64,000 nt of DNA, taken from an uncultured Gemmatimonadales bacterium. Its GTDB lineage: Bacteria > Gemmatimonadota > Gemmatimonadetes > Gemmatimonadales > GWC2-71-9. This document shows, piece by piece, positions 1 to 11,184 of the stretch. Both the position numbers and the translations under genes were made by a program. Under the pieces are notes generated by a model. That model worked only from the letters and a program-made list of their open reading frames with translations. It was not told the origin of the DNA and did no database searches. The stretch is from the NCBI GenBank assembly GCA_963739455.1, contig CAVUAK010000001.1, forward strand, positions 1,664,001 to 1,728,000. The letters are read 5' to 3'. How positions within the stretch are numbered: the stretch's first letter is position 1; each line of letters opens with the position of its first letter.

Positions 1-1153
1 CTCGCCTCGGCGTTGGATAGGGTATCGAGCGCTCGGCTCAATTCCGGCGCACCCCGCACCGCGGCAATCGTTCGGAAGGCGTCGGTCGATGCTGCGCCCG
101 TAGAGAACTGGTTGAGTGCCGACGTCAGCGCCTCGCGGTCGCGCGCAATCGAGTCGACCTTGATCTTCTCGTCGAAGTACTGCTTGATCACCGTCGGCTG
201 GGTCATGGTCAGGCCGGCGGCCACAGGTACGTCGGACGGCAGTGTGATCGTCTGGACCCGGAAGCCCTCGAGCGCCGTCTCGGCGTCGCGCAACTGCGTC
301 GCACTGTATTGCAGCTGCTCCTTCAGGACGGCGGCAGTCTCACGGAGCTTCGCCCGCTTCAGGTCGGCAGCCAGTTCCACGAACTGCGACGGTCAGCCCG
401 TTCACCACGTCGGCTGCGCGCTGCGGATCCTCGCCCGACAGCGATACCCGCATGAAGTTGCCGTTGTCGGCCATCACCACGCGCAGCTTCTTGAGCAGGA
501 GAGCCGAGGCATCGCGGTGCGACGCCACCGTGAACTCCGCCTTCTGTCCCGGCGCGAGTGCGCTCGGTGTCGGCACCCATTCAAAGCCGACTTCGCGGCC
601 CGAGCGAGTCGTTGACCGCGGCCCGCGCTACCTCGCTGCCATCATCCAGCAGCAGGCGGAAAGAACCGGACGACGCGTCGCGCTCCACCGTGTACCGGCC
701 CGGCCGGAACCGGGACGCCAGGCCAAATCCCTTGAGTAACAGCGTATCGCGCGACCGTGCCGGCGTGACGAACAGCGCCTGTCGCTGAACCACCGAGTCG
801 AGCACCGCGTTGGTCTTGAGGAGTTCCACCCACTGGACTGAGGCGAGCAGCTCTTCGGCCCGAATCGGCCCATTCTTGTCGGTTGGAGTCTCGATGTAGA
901 TCGTTGAGGTGACGGTGTACTCCGGCTTCACGAAGCGGGAGCCCAGCACACTAAGCGCTGTCCCCACCACCGCCACCATGATCACCAGCCAGCGGTATCG
1001 CTTGATGGCCGCAATGAACCGCTCCCACGGGATGCCAGCCTCCGGCTCCTCGAGCGGCGGAAGCTGTCCCTGCCATGGAACCCCGGCGGCGCCGGGGGCG
1101 GTGAGGGATGCTCCGAGTACCGGCGTGATGGGACCGGTCAATTCGCTGGCCAT
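1..1153 (-). CDS. Polysaccharide co-polymerase / Wzc-GumC family protein (5' part, runs off window; two apparent frameshifts at ~595 and ~388)
   Basis: N-terminus IPWERFIAAIKRYRWLVIMVAVVGTALSVLGSRFVKPEYTVTSTIYIE is a Wzz/Wzc start. Continues in shifted frames as FMRVSLSGEDPQRAADVVNGL and FVELAADLKRAKLRETAAVLKEQLQYSATQLRDAETALEGFR (coiled coil). Confidence 0.85.
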
Positions 1154-1334
1154 GCAGTCTCCTTGGGAATTCCACCCCGGGGCGGGCGGTCTATCGTGCA
1201 GCGTTCGCGGCGGAAAATCGCAAGACCAGTACCCGCCCGAACCCCTTCACCCCCGGTCACGCCAAATCACCCAATTCGTTACCCCGGTGGCGGTTAGGTG
1301 CTTCTCTCCAGTCTCCGGGTGTGGCGCCTTCGCA

Positions 1335-1351
1335 TCGGCATGTTGCTTGCC
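1335..1351 (+). promoter_or_regulatory. Putative sigma54 -24/-12 promoter
   Basis: TCGGCATGTTGCTTGCC: GG(1337-1338)-N10-GC(1349-1350), close to TGGCACG-N4-TTGC, upstream of a sigma54 activator gene. Confidence 0.55.
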
Positions 1352-1480
1352 TGTGGCATGGTACAGGGATATCGCGTAAACCTGCTTGACGCACGCAACA
1401 GGGGCGGCTAGTGTGACCAGACACCCGGACCGCAAACTTTGCAGGCGCAAGACACCCCGGAGCTCAAGCTGACAAGTCTC

Positions 1481-2976
<1,496 letters not shown>

Positions 2977-2980
<4 letters not shown>

Positions 2981-4137
2981 GCTCCGGCTCCGTCACGACG
3001 GCGGCACCCCTGCAGGGTGCTGCCGCAGGCGCTGTGTCATCCGTACCCGTCTGGGACCCGTCCGGGCCCGAGGCGACCCTGGTCGCTCCCGCCCTGCTCG
3101 AGGCATTGCGCCAGGCGGTGCTGGAAACTGACGCCGAGTCCCGGCGCCTCCTGCATCACGCCGGTACCGCGGAGGAAATGGCGCAGCTCCTTCGCGACAT
3201 CGGTAACGCCGTACGGTCCAGCCTCACCACCGATGCTGGTGAGTGCCCCGCACTTCCGCGCACCATCCTCGCGCGCGCGCAGCTCGGCCTGCTGCGTCAT
3301 CGCCTCGCTGCAATTCTCGAGGGCTGGCCCTCGCCCCTTGATGCGCAGCAGGTTGTTCGGGTCTTTGCCGCATTTGAGCGCGTCAGCAACGCCCTCGAGC
3401 TCGACTGGTCCCAGCAGTTCTCCGACCGGCTCTCCGGTCACGATGGGCTCGAGCTCGTGGTCGAGGTGGCGCACGACCTCCGCTCGCCCCTGACATCGAT
3501 TCTCTTCCTTGCCGAGACGCTGCAGCGCGGCCGGAGCGGTCCCCTCACGCCGGTGCAGGAGCGCCAGCTGGGGCTCATCTACAGCGCGGCATTCGGGCTC
3601 AGCACGGTGGCGAGTGACGTGATCGAGCTCGCGCGCGGTGGCGATCGCCTGGTCGACCTCGAGGCGGTTCCCTTCTCCATCAACGACATCTTCGAGTCGG
3701 TGCGAGATATCGTGCTTCCCATCGCGGAGGAGAAGGGGCTCGCTGTCAACTTGAGCCCACCCGATGCGGACTTCCACATTGGGCACCCGGTGGCCCTGAG
3801 TCGCGTACTCCTCAACCTCACGACCAACGCCCTCAAGTTCACCAACGAGGGGCATGTCGAGGTACGCGGCACCAACCTCGAGGGCAGCCGCATCGAGTTC
3901 TCCGTGCGCGATACCGGGCGGGGCATTCCGCCCCAGGCCATGGCCTCATTGTACGAGCCGTTCCGCCGGCGACAGCGCCAGGCTGAATACGCCTTTTCCG
4001 GCTCCGGACTCGGCCTCTCCATCTGCAGGAAGCTGGTCGAGGCGATGCACTCCACCATGCAGGTGGAGACAGAGTCAGGGCAGGGCACTCGCTTCTACTT
4101 TGCGCTCGACCTCCCCCGGGCAAGCCACGGCGGGTAG
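2977..4137 (+). CDS. Cytoplasmic sensor histidine kinase (HisKA + HATPase)
   Basis: H-box AHDLRSPLTSI, N-box NLTTNALKFT, DTGRGI, GSGLGLSIC. No transmembrane segment. GTGA overlap with the regulator. Confidence 0.92.
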
Positions 4138-4158
4138 TCCCTCGCCGCTTCCACACTG

Positions 4159-5238
4159 ATGCCACGCCTCCTGCACGTCGTGGGCGCACGGCCCAACTTC
4201 ATGAAGATGGCGCCGATCATTCGCGCGCCGTCTCCGCAACCGGTCGAGCACATCATCGTGCACACCGGTCAGCACTATGACGCCGCGATGAGCGACGCCT
4301 TCTTCCGCGACCTGGCACTTCCCGCTCCCGACGTGAACCTCGGCGTCGGCTCCGGCTCTCACGCCGCGCAGACCGGGAAGATGCTCGCCGATCTGGAGCC
4401 GGTGTTCGATCGCTACACCCCTGATTGGATCGTGGTCTATGGTGATGTGAACTCGACGCTCGCCGCCGCCCTGGTGGGACAGAAGAAGGGCATGAAGGTG
4501 GCACACGTCGAGGCCGGGGTGCGGAGCTTCGATCGCACCATGCCCGAAGAGGTGAACCGCGTCCTGACTGACCAGCTGGCCGAAGTGTGCCTCACGCCCG
4601 GCGCCGCAGCTGACGGGAACCTGCGTCGCGAGGGCATCCCCGACGAGCGGATACGCACCGTCGGGAACGTCATGGTCGACACACTGCTGGCACTTCGCCC
4701 GAGTGCCGCGAAGCTCGGCATTCCGGCCCAGATGGGCGTGGCTTCCGGCGACTATGCCGTGGCCACTTTCCATCGCGCCGGCAACGTGGACGATTCCGTC
4801 ACCCTGGCAGCGCTGCTTGCCGGGCTGGCCCATGTCGCCCGCGACATGCCGGTTCTGTTCCTGGTGCACCCTCGCACTCGCCAGCGCATCAAGGACTTTG
4901 GTCTCGAGGAAAAGGCACACGGTGTGCGCCTCCTCGATCCAGTCGGCTATCTCGAGACGGTGGGCCTCGTCGAGCGCGCGGCCCTGGTGGTCACCGACTC
5001 CGGAGGCCTCCAGGTCGAGACGACCATACTCGGCGTGCCCTGCCTCACCGCCCGTCCCAACACCGAGTGGACCGAGACCATCGAGAGCGGCACCAACCGC
5101 CTGGTGGCCCCCACGCTGGACGCGATCACCGCCGCCTTCGCCGAGGTCCGGGCACAGAAGCGCGCCCAGGCTGCTCCACCACGCCCTCCCCTCTGGGACG
5201 GCCACACCGCCGAACGGATCGTGGCACTGCTGACCTGA
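4159..5238 (+). CDS. wecB: UDP-N-acetylglucosamine 2-epimerase (non-hydrolysing)
   Basis: VGARPNFMK, HTGQHYD, YGDVNSTLA, HVEAGVRS, MPEEVNR, TDSGGLQ motifs. Confidence 0.95.
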   Translation: MPRLLHVVGARPNFMKMAPIIRAPSPQPVEHIIVHTGQHYDAAMSDAFFRDLALPAPDVNLGVGSGSHAAQTGKMLADLEPVFDRYTPDWIVVYGDVNSTLAAALVGQKKGMKVAHVEAGVRSFDRTMPEEVNRVLTDQLAEVCLTPGAAADGNLRREGIPDERIRTVGNVMVDTLLALRPSAAKLGIPAQMGVASGDYAVATFHRAGNVDDSVTLAALLAGLAHVARDMPVLFLVHPRTRQRIKDFGLEEKAHGVRLLDPVGYLETVGLVERAALVVTDSGGLQVETTILGVPCLTARPNTEWTETIESGTNRLVAPTLDAITAAFAEVRAQKRAQAAPPRPPLWDGHTAERIVALLT

Positions 5239-5506
5239 GCCGGCGGAGGCGCCCGACACCTGTTCCAAGTATGGGGTTCCCGCTACATTTGCCCCCGATC
5301 CCGATCGACGCCCAGCGCCGTCGGGATCGCCTGCCCGCACCGGACTCCGGTCACCGCGTGAGCGGCGAATGCGCGCGTCGCCTGGCCAATGGGGCCTCAG
5401 GGCGGCGTCGGCATCCCCCGCCGCGGCGACTGAGGGACGGCAGGGTGGCCGCTCGATCCAATGGGGATCCAGCGGATGACGCGACCCACAGAGGATTCAC
5501 CCTCGT

Positions 5507-7136
5507 ATGCCTTCGCACTTGCGGCCGGCCGCCACGCGCGCCGAACCGCCCGTCCACGCGCCCAACGCTGCACTGCTCATCGATTTCGACAACGTCACGT
5601 TGGGCGTTCGCTCCGAGTTCACCAAGGAACTCCGCACCCTCCTCAATAGCGACATCATCAAGGGCAAGGTCGCCGTCCAGCGCGCCTATGCCGACTGGCG
5701 CCGCTATCCGCAGTACATCATGGGGCTCTCCGAATCGTCGATCGACCTGATCTTCGCACCAGCTTTCGGCTCGGTGAAGAAGAACGCGACCGACATTCGC
5801 CTTGCCATCGATGCCATCGAGCTCGTCTTCACCCGCCCCGAGATCGGCACCTTCATTCTCCTCTCGGGTGACAGCGACTTCTCGATGCTGGTTACCAAGC
5901 TCAAGGAATACGGCAAGTACGTCATCGGCGTCGGCATCCGCGAGTCGGCGAGTGACATGCTCATCCAGAACTGCGATGAGTACTTCTCCTACAGCGATCT
6001 CGCCGGGCTCACCAAGGAGCCTGACACGCCCGTCGGCGCAGCGCGATCCCTGGGAGCTGGTGAAGGAAGCCGCCGCGCAGATGGTCCGGAACGGCGACGT
6101 CATGCGCTCCGATCGCCTCAAGCAGGTGATGCAGCAGATCGACTCGAACTTCGACGAGCGCAACGCCGGCTTCAACCGGTTCAGCAAGTTCGTCACCGAG
6201 GCGGGCGGCAAGGGCCTGATCAAGGTCACCAAGCTCGACAACGGACAGTATGAAATAGCGCCGACCGCGAGCGCGCCTGCGCGCGAAGTCCCGAGTTCGA
6301 AGAACGAGGGACCTCGTGATGCACGCGCGGAGTCGGCGGCGGCCAAGACCGACGAATCTCGTGAGCGCAGCCGTTCCCGTGGTCGCCGCGGTCGCGGCGG
6401 CCGTGGTCGTGAGCGCTCAGAGGAGGGCAGTACCCCGACGTCAGAAACACCGGCGCCGCGTCACGAGACACGTCACGAAGGTGCGGGCGGCCTGTCACTC
6501 GCCGCCGCATTCAACCTCATGCGTGAGGCCCTTGCCCAGCTCGGGTCATCCGTCGGCCATGAGGCGCTACGTCTTCGCATGGCAGCGGTTCATGGCAAGG
6601 ACGACGCGATGCTGACCACCGAGAAGTTTGCGCGCCTGCTGCGCCAGGCCAACGACGCAGAAGTCGCGGACGTGCGGAAGATCGGCGAGGATGATTTCGA
6701 GGTCTCGCTGCACCCGACCGAGGACCCGCGTGCCCGGGCAGGCGCTGGGTATAGCAGGCGCCAGCAGGCGCCCGCGGCCCCGACGCAGGCGAACGGAACG
6801 GAGCCCGAACCGGCAGTGAGCGCCGGTGTTGAGGCTCCACCCGCTCCGCGCTACGGCGTGCGCTCGCGCCCGGGCACGCGCCCGGCAGGCCGACCCTCCG
6901 CGTTGCGGCTGGTAGGCGTGGTCAGTCTCGATGACGACGCTCCCGCCCCGGCCGCAGTCGAGGCGGCGCCGGCCCGAAAGGGCCGCGTCGCGGTTGCGAA
7001 GCCGGCCAAGGCTGACAAGCCGGTGAAGGCGGCGAAGTCCGTGAAGGCCGCCAAGGCACCGGCGAAGGAAGCGTCGTCGGCACCCTCGGCCAAGCCGAAC
7101 CGCCCGCGCGCGAAGGCAGCGAAGAAGGCGGAGTGA
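5507..7136 (+). CDS. NYN (LabA/DUF88) domain protein with OST-HTH/LOTUS-like domain and low-complexity basic tail; frameshift ~6030
   Basis: LIDFDN, KNATDIRLAIDA, LSGDSDFS, CDEYFSY in ORF 5507; RDPWELV...RLKQVMQQIDSNFDERNAGFNRFSKFV in ORF 5802. One extra C joins the two. Confidence 0.88.
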
Positions 7137-7157
7137 CGCGCACGTGAGGATGGTGAC

Positions 7158-7754
7158 GTGACCAGCACGCGACGGGCAGCCTTGCTGCCCGTTTCGTTTT
7201 TTGAGCGCCCCACCGAAATCGTGGCGCGCGAGCTGATCGGGCGCGTCCTCGTGTCCGGTACCGGCAGGCAGCGCACGGTCGGCCGGATCGTCGAGACCGA
7301 GGCGTATCTCGGCCACCGCGACCCTGCGTCACACGGTTTCGCCAACCGTCGCCACAGCCGGAACGAGACGTTGTACGCCAACGCCGGCACCTGGTACGTC
7401 TACCTGTCGTACGGCGTGCATTGGTGCGCCAACCTCGTCTGCGAGCGCGAGACCAACGCCGGGGCCGTGCTGTTGCGCGCCCTGGAGCCACTGGAGGGAC
7501 AGGAGATCATGCGGGAGCGAAGGGGTGGGGTGGAGCGGGATCGGCTGCTCGCGTCGGGCCCCGGGCGCCTGACACAGGCCTTCGGCATCGATCGCGAACT
7601 TGACGGCATCCCCATGCGAAAGAGCAGTGTCGCGATCCTGGCCCGTGACCCCGACGACATCAAGGTCCTGGTGAGCCATCGGATCGGCATCACCAAAGCC
7701 GTCGACTGGCCGCTCCGCTTCACGGAACGCGGCAGTTCATGGGTGAGCCGCTGA
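7158..7754 (+). CDS. mpg: DNA-3-methyladenine glycosylase (MPG/AAG family)
   Basis: VARELIG, GRIVETEAY, YVYLSYGVHWCAN, AVLLRALEP, SGPGRLTQA, RIGI motifs. Confidence 0.93.
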   Translation: MTSTRRAALLPVSFFERPTEIVARELIGRVLVSGTGRQRTVGRIVETEAYLGHRDPASHGFANRRHSRNETLYANAGTWYVYLSYGVHWCANLVCERETNAGAVLLRALEPLEGQEIMRERRGGVERDRLLASGPGRLTQAFGIDRELDGIPMRKSSVAILARDPDDIKVLVSHRIGITKAVDWPLRFTERGSSWVSR

Positions 7755-7792
7755 CGACTCACTGCCGACTGTCGACGGTCGACTGCCGACTG
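7752..7792. repeat. GACT(G/C)NC heptamer tandem repeat, copy 1
   Basis: GACTCAC-TGCC-GACTGTC-GACGGTC-GACTGCC-GACTG right after the mpg stop. Confidence 0.7.
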
Positions 7793-7797
7793 GAAAG

Positions 7798-7831
7798 CAG
7801 AAGGGGCCCGGCTCTCGCCGCGCCCCTTCTG
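7798..7831. terminator. Hairpin between convergent genes
   Basis: CAGAAGGGGC (7798-7807) / GCCCCTTCTG (7822-7831) inverted repeat. Confidence 0.7.
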
Positions 7832-7886
7832 TTGCGTTGCCCACCCGGGCCTATCCGCTCACTTCACGTCCTCACGCCCTCACGTC

Positions 7887-8561
7887 TTATCTGTTCTCCA
7901 GGCTGTTGTCCCTCGAGCTGCCCAGCAGGAGTCGCAGGCCGACGCTCGCCGTCTGCGTGCTGCCGACGAACGCGTTGCCGCGCGACGGTGCCGTATTGAT
8001 CTGGTACTGGCCGAAGATCATGAACGGCCCGCCCTTGATCTGGACGCCACCCACCACCGACGCGAAGCCGGTGCTGGTCAGGTCATCGATCGTGTCGTAG
8101 AGGGCCAGCAGCTCGGTCGGCGTGTAGCCGGCCACGTTGAGCGCCTGGGGACTTACCGCGTACATGATGCCGCCGCCGACGCCGATGTACGGCTCGACGA
8201 CACCGCGCCACGGATACGCCATCATGTGGAAGGAGAAGCGCAGCACGTCGTTGAACGCGATCTGCTGCGAGCCGGTCGCGGAAGGGGCGTAGGCAATCGT
8301 CGCCACTTCATTGCTGCCGAGCGCGTCGTCGACCGAGACCAGCAGGCCGGTGCGCTTCGCGATGATCATCGTGTGACCACCGACTGAGGGAATCCACCCC
8401 CGCGTCTGGCCGGTCGTCTGGAAGTTGAACACGCCACCCTGGCCGCCGATGTACCACCGGTAGTTCGAGTAGCCCCGCGGCCTCTGCTGGGCGGCGAGCG
8501 CCGTCGCGCCGACTCCAAGCGCCAGCACTCCCAACGTGATGCTACGCGTGAGCATGCTCAT
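7887..8561 (-). CDS. Secreted hypothetical protein, probable small outer-membrane beta-barrel
   Basis: GGAGG then ATG 8561; signal peptide MSMLTRSITLGVLALGVGATALAA; amphipathic strands WYIGGQGG, VEPYIGVGGG, ASVGLRLLL. Confidence 0.7.
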   Translation of the reverse strand: MSMLTRSITLGVLALGVGATALAAQQRPRGYSNYRWYIGGQGGVFNFQTTGQTRGWIPSVGGHTMIIAKRTGLLVSVDDALGSNEVATIAYAPSATGSQQIAFNDVLRFSFHMMAYPWRGVVEPYIGVGGGIMYAVSPQALNVAGYTPTELLALYDTIDDLTSTGFASVVGGVQIKGGPFMIFGQYQINTAPSRGNAFVGSTQTASVGLRLLLGSSRDNSLENR

Positions 8562-8870
8562 CCGAACGGCCTCCATGGCGGTGGTACGGTACCCGGGGCG
8601 CGATGGCGGTCCCGGTGAACGACTTTGGTCAGTGACTGCGGAGTTCTGCACTGGCAGGCCACTTCGTCGGCCAACCCCAACTCCACACCTGACAAGATAT
8701 TGTTTAGCAACAGGTTCCGTGAAGGGCCAAGCGGCAGGCCCGGGCGACGGACGACCCCGTGTGCACACCCCATCCTGTATAGCAGCAGTCACAGGATCGC
8801 GCACACGGCTGCACCAAAGTGCAAAGACCGGGCCTCGGAGGGAATTGGCCCGGTTTCCGGCGCTCAGGAT

Positions 8871-10067
8871 CTATATAAGTCCAAGTCGGCGGCCAACTTG
8901 GGAGAAGGCAGCAAGGGCTTGATCGAGGTCGGCACGGGTATGGCCAGCCGAGACCTGACAGCGGACTCTTGCCTGACCCTGCGGCACGACGGGATACCCG
9001 AAGCCGGTTACGAAAACCCCTTCCTCGAGCAGCATTTCGCTCATCCGGATGGCATGGGCAGTTTCGCCCAGGATCACCGGCACGATCGGCGTCTCCCCCG
9101 CCAGCGGCTTGAAGCCCAGCGCCGTAAGCTGGTCCCGGAAGTAACGCGCGTTCTCCCGGAGCAGGGTTACCCGCTCCGGATGGGCTGCCAGGAACTGGAC
9201 GCTGGCCAGTGTGCTGGCCGCCACCGTTGGCGGGAGGGCGTTTGAGAACAACTGGGGTCGGGCCCGCTGTGTCAGGAAGTCACACACCGCCTCCGATCCT
9301 GCCACGAACCCGCCGGCGGCCCCGCCCAGTGCCTTCCCAAGCGTCGACGTGATGATGTCGACCTGGCCAACCAGGCCGAAGTGCTCCGCCGTGCCTCGCC
9401 CCGTGGCACCCAGCACTCCGGTCGCATGGCTGTCATCCACCACCAGCACGGCGCCGTGCTTCCGGCACACCTCGATGAGGTCGGGCAGGGGGGCAATCGC
9501 GCCCTCCATGCTGAAGACGCCGTCGGTGATCACCATCTTGATCCGCCGGTCCTTCGCCGCCGCCAGCTTTGCGTCGAGGTCGGCCATGTTCGCATGCAGG
9601 TAGACGCCCGTTTGGCACTTGGCGATCGCCTTCGACAGCCGCACGCCGTCGATGATCGACGCATGATTCAGCTGGTCGCTGAGCACGAGGTCGTCCTCGC
9701 CCAGCAATGTCCCCGGCACCGCCTCGTTGGCACTCCAGCAGCTCACGAAACTCAGCGACGCCGGCGTACCCACCAGCCGTGCCAGCGACTGCTCCAGTTC
9801 CCGGTGGATCGTGAACGTGCCGCAGATGAATCGCACCGACGCGGTACCCGCGCCATAGCGGTCGAGCCCGGCCTTGCCCGCCTGGACGACCTCGGGCTCG
9901 TTGCACAGGCCGAGGTAGTTGTTGGAGGAGAGGATGATGACGTCGCCTCGTCCCTCCATCTTCGCCCGCGGCCCCTGCGGGCCATCAAGGTGGTTGAGGC
10001 GCTTGTAGACGCCATCCTTCTTGAATTCCTCCAGCTGGGACTCGAGCCGTCTATCGAGCAGCGTCAC
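8871..10067 (-). CDS. kbl: Glycine C-acetyltransferase (2-amino-3-ketobutyrate CoA ligase)
   Basis: SSNNYLGL, SVRFICGT, LNHASIIDG, DGVFSMEG, DDSHATG, TLGKALGG; adjacent to tdh. Confidence 0.95.
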   Translation of the reverse strand: MTLLDRRLESQLEEFKKDGVYKRLNHLDGPQGPRAKMEGRGDVIILSSNNYLGLCNEPEVVQAGKAGLDRYGAGTASVRFICGTFTIHRELEQSLARLVGTPASLSFVSCWSANEAVPGTLLGEDDLVLSDQLNHASIIDGVRLSKAIAKCQTGVYLHANMADLDAKLAAAKDRRIKMVITDGVFSMEGAIAPLPDLIEVCRKHGAVLVVDDSHATGVLGATGRGTAEHFGLVGQVDIITSTLGKALGGAAGGFVAGSEAVCDFLTQRARPQLFSNALPPTVAASTLASVQFLAAHPERVTLLRENARYFRDQLTALGFKPLAGETPIVPVILGETAHAIRMSEMLLEEGVFVTGFGYPVVPQGQARVRCQVSAGHTRADLDQALAAFSQVGRRLGLI

Positions 10068-10088
10068 GTAGTCTCCTGTTCCCTGTTC

Positions 10089-10140
10089 CCGCAGTTGCAG
10101 TTCCCCCTCACGCTGTTGCTGTTCCTCCTCACGCGGTTAC
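10089..10140. repeat. 21-bp unit intergenic repeat (CTCACGC-WGTTGC-WGTTC-CYC), locus 1
   Basis: CCGCAGTTGCAGTTCCCC CTCACGCTGTTGCTGTTCCTC CTCACGCGGTT; overlaps the tdh stop codon. Confidence 0.8.
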
Positions 10141-11184
10141 CTCGAGAATCACCTTGCCCGCGCTCCCATCTTTTATCACCTGGATCGCATCCGCAATCCG
10201 TTCCAGCGGGAAGCGGTGCGTAATCACCGGACGCGGGTCGAGCTCACCGGCCCGCAGGAAGCGCTGCATCTCGTCCCACGTGCGGTACATTCGCCGCCCC
10301 GTGACACCGTAGAGCGTGAGTCCCTTGAAGATGAGGTCCCGCGCGAAGTTCACTTCTGTCGTGCGGCTCGGCGTCCCCAGCATGTTGATCCGCCCACCCA
10401 GGCGCGCCGCCGCGAACGCCTGCGCGTGCCCGTTCGGGTGGCCACTCATCTCGCAGACCAGGTCGGCACCATCGCCATGGGTCAGTTCCCGCACCCGCGC
10501 CACCACATCGTCATTGGCCGGGTTGAGTGTTACATGCGCGCCCATCGCCTTGGCCAGCGCCAGTCGCGTGGGGTTGAAGTCGCTCGCGATGACCTGCGCC
10601 GCGCCCGCCGCCCGCGCCACGCCCACCGCGAAGCACCCGATCGGGCCACACCCAAGTACCAGCACGTTGGCCCCAGCCACCACCTGGCCCTCGAGCACCG
10701 TGTGAACCGCGTTGCCCATCGGGTCCATGATGGCCCCGATCTCGGTGGGGATCCCGTCGAGCTTCATCACGTTCGACGCCGGCATCGCGATGTAGTCGGC
10801 GAAGGCGCCGTCACGATCGACGCCGATGATCTGCGTCCGCCGGCAGAGGTGAGCGTCGCCGAGCCGGCACTGCAGGCAGTGGCCGCACACGATGTGACCT
10901 TCCGCCGTCACCAGGTCGCCCACCGCCAGCAGGCCGCTTGCCGCGGCATCGCGCCCGAGCTCGGCGATCTCGCCGGCGAACTCGTGACCGATCACCACCG
11001 GTGGCTTGAGTCGGTTACTGGCCCAGCTGTCCCACTCCCAGATGTGCAGGTCGGTGCCGCAGACCCCGGCATGGTGCACCCGGATCAGCACGTCGTTCGG
11101 CCCGTAGGTGGGGCGCGGTACGGTGCGCACCTCCATGCCAGGCCCCGCCTGCGTTTTCACCAGGGCGCGCATGGTGCCGCTCAT
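10129..11184 (-). CDS. tdh: L-threonine 3-dehydrogenase
   Basis: CGTDLHI, GHEFAG, EGHIVCGHCLQC...HLC zinc sites, GCGPIG, GVTGRRMY.TW; ATGA overlap with the upstream gene. Confidence 0.95.
   Translation of the reverse strand: MSGTMRALVKTQAGPGMEVRTVPRPTYGPNDVLIRVHHAGVCGTDLHIWEWDSWASNRLKPPVVIGHEFAGEIAELGRDAAASGLLAVGDLVTAEGHIVCGHCLQCRLGDAHLCRRTQIIGVDRDGAFADYIAMPASNVMKLDGIPTEIGAIMDPMGNAVHTVLEGQVVAGANVLVLGCGPIGCFAVGVARAAGAAQVIASDFNPTRLALAKAMGAHVTLNPANDDVVARVRELTHGDGADLVCEMSGHPNGHAQAFAAARLGGRINMLGTPSRTTEVNFARDLIFKGLTLYGVTGRRMYRTWDEMQRFLRAGELDPRPVITHRFPLERIADAIQVIKDGSAGKVILEVTA

Noticed and set aside
6020..6045. Programmed ribosomal frameshift in the NYN gene or other split genes
   Set aside because: No slippery heptamer; same single-insertion signature as the window-wide errors.
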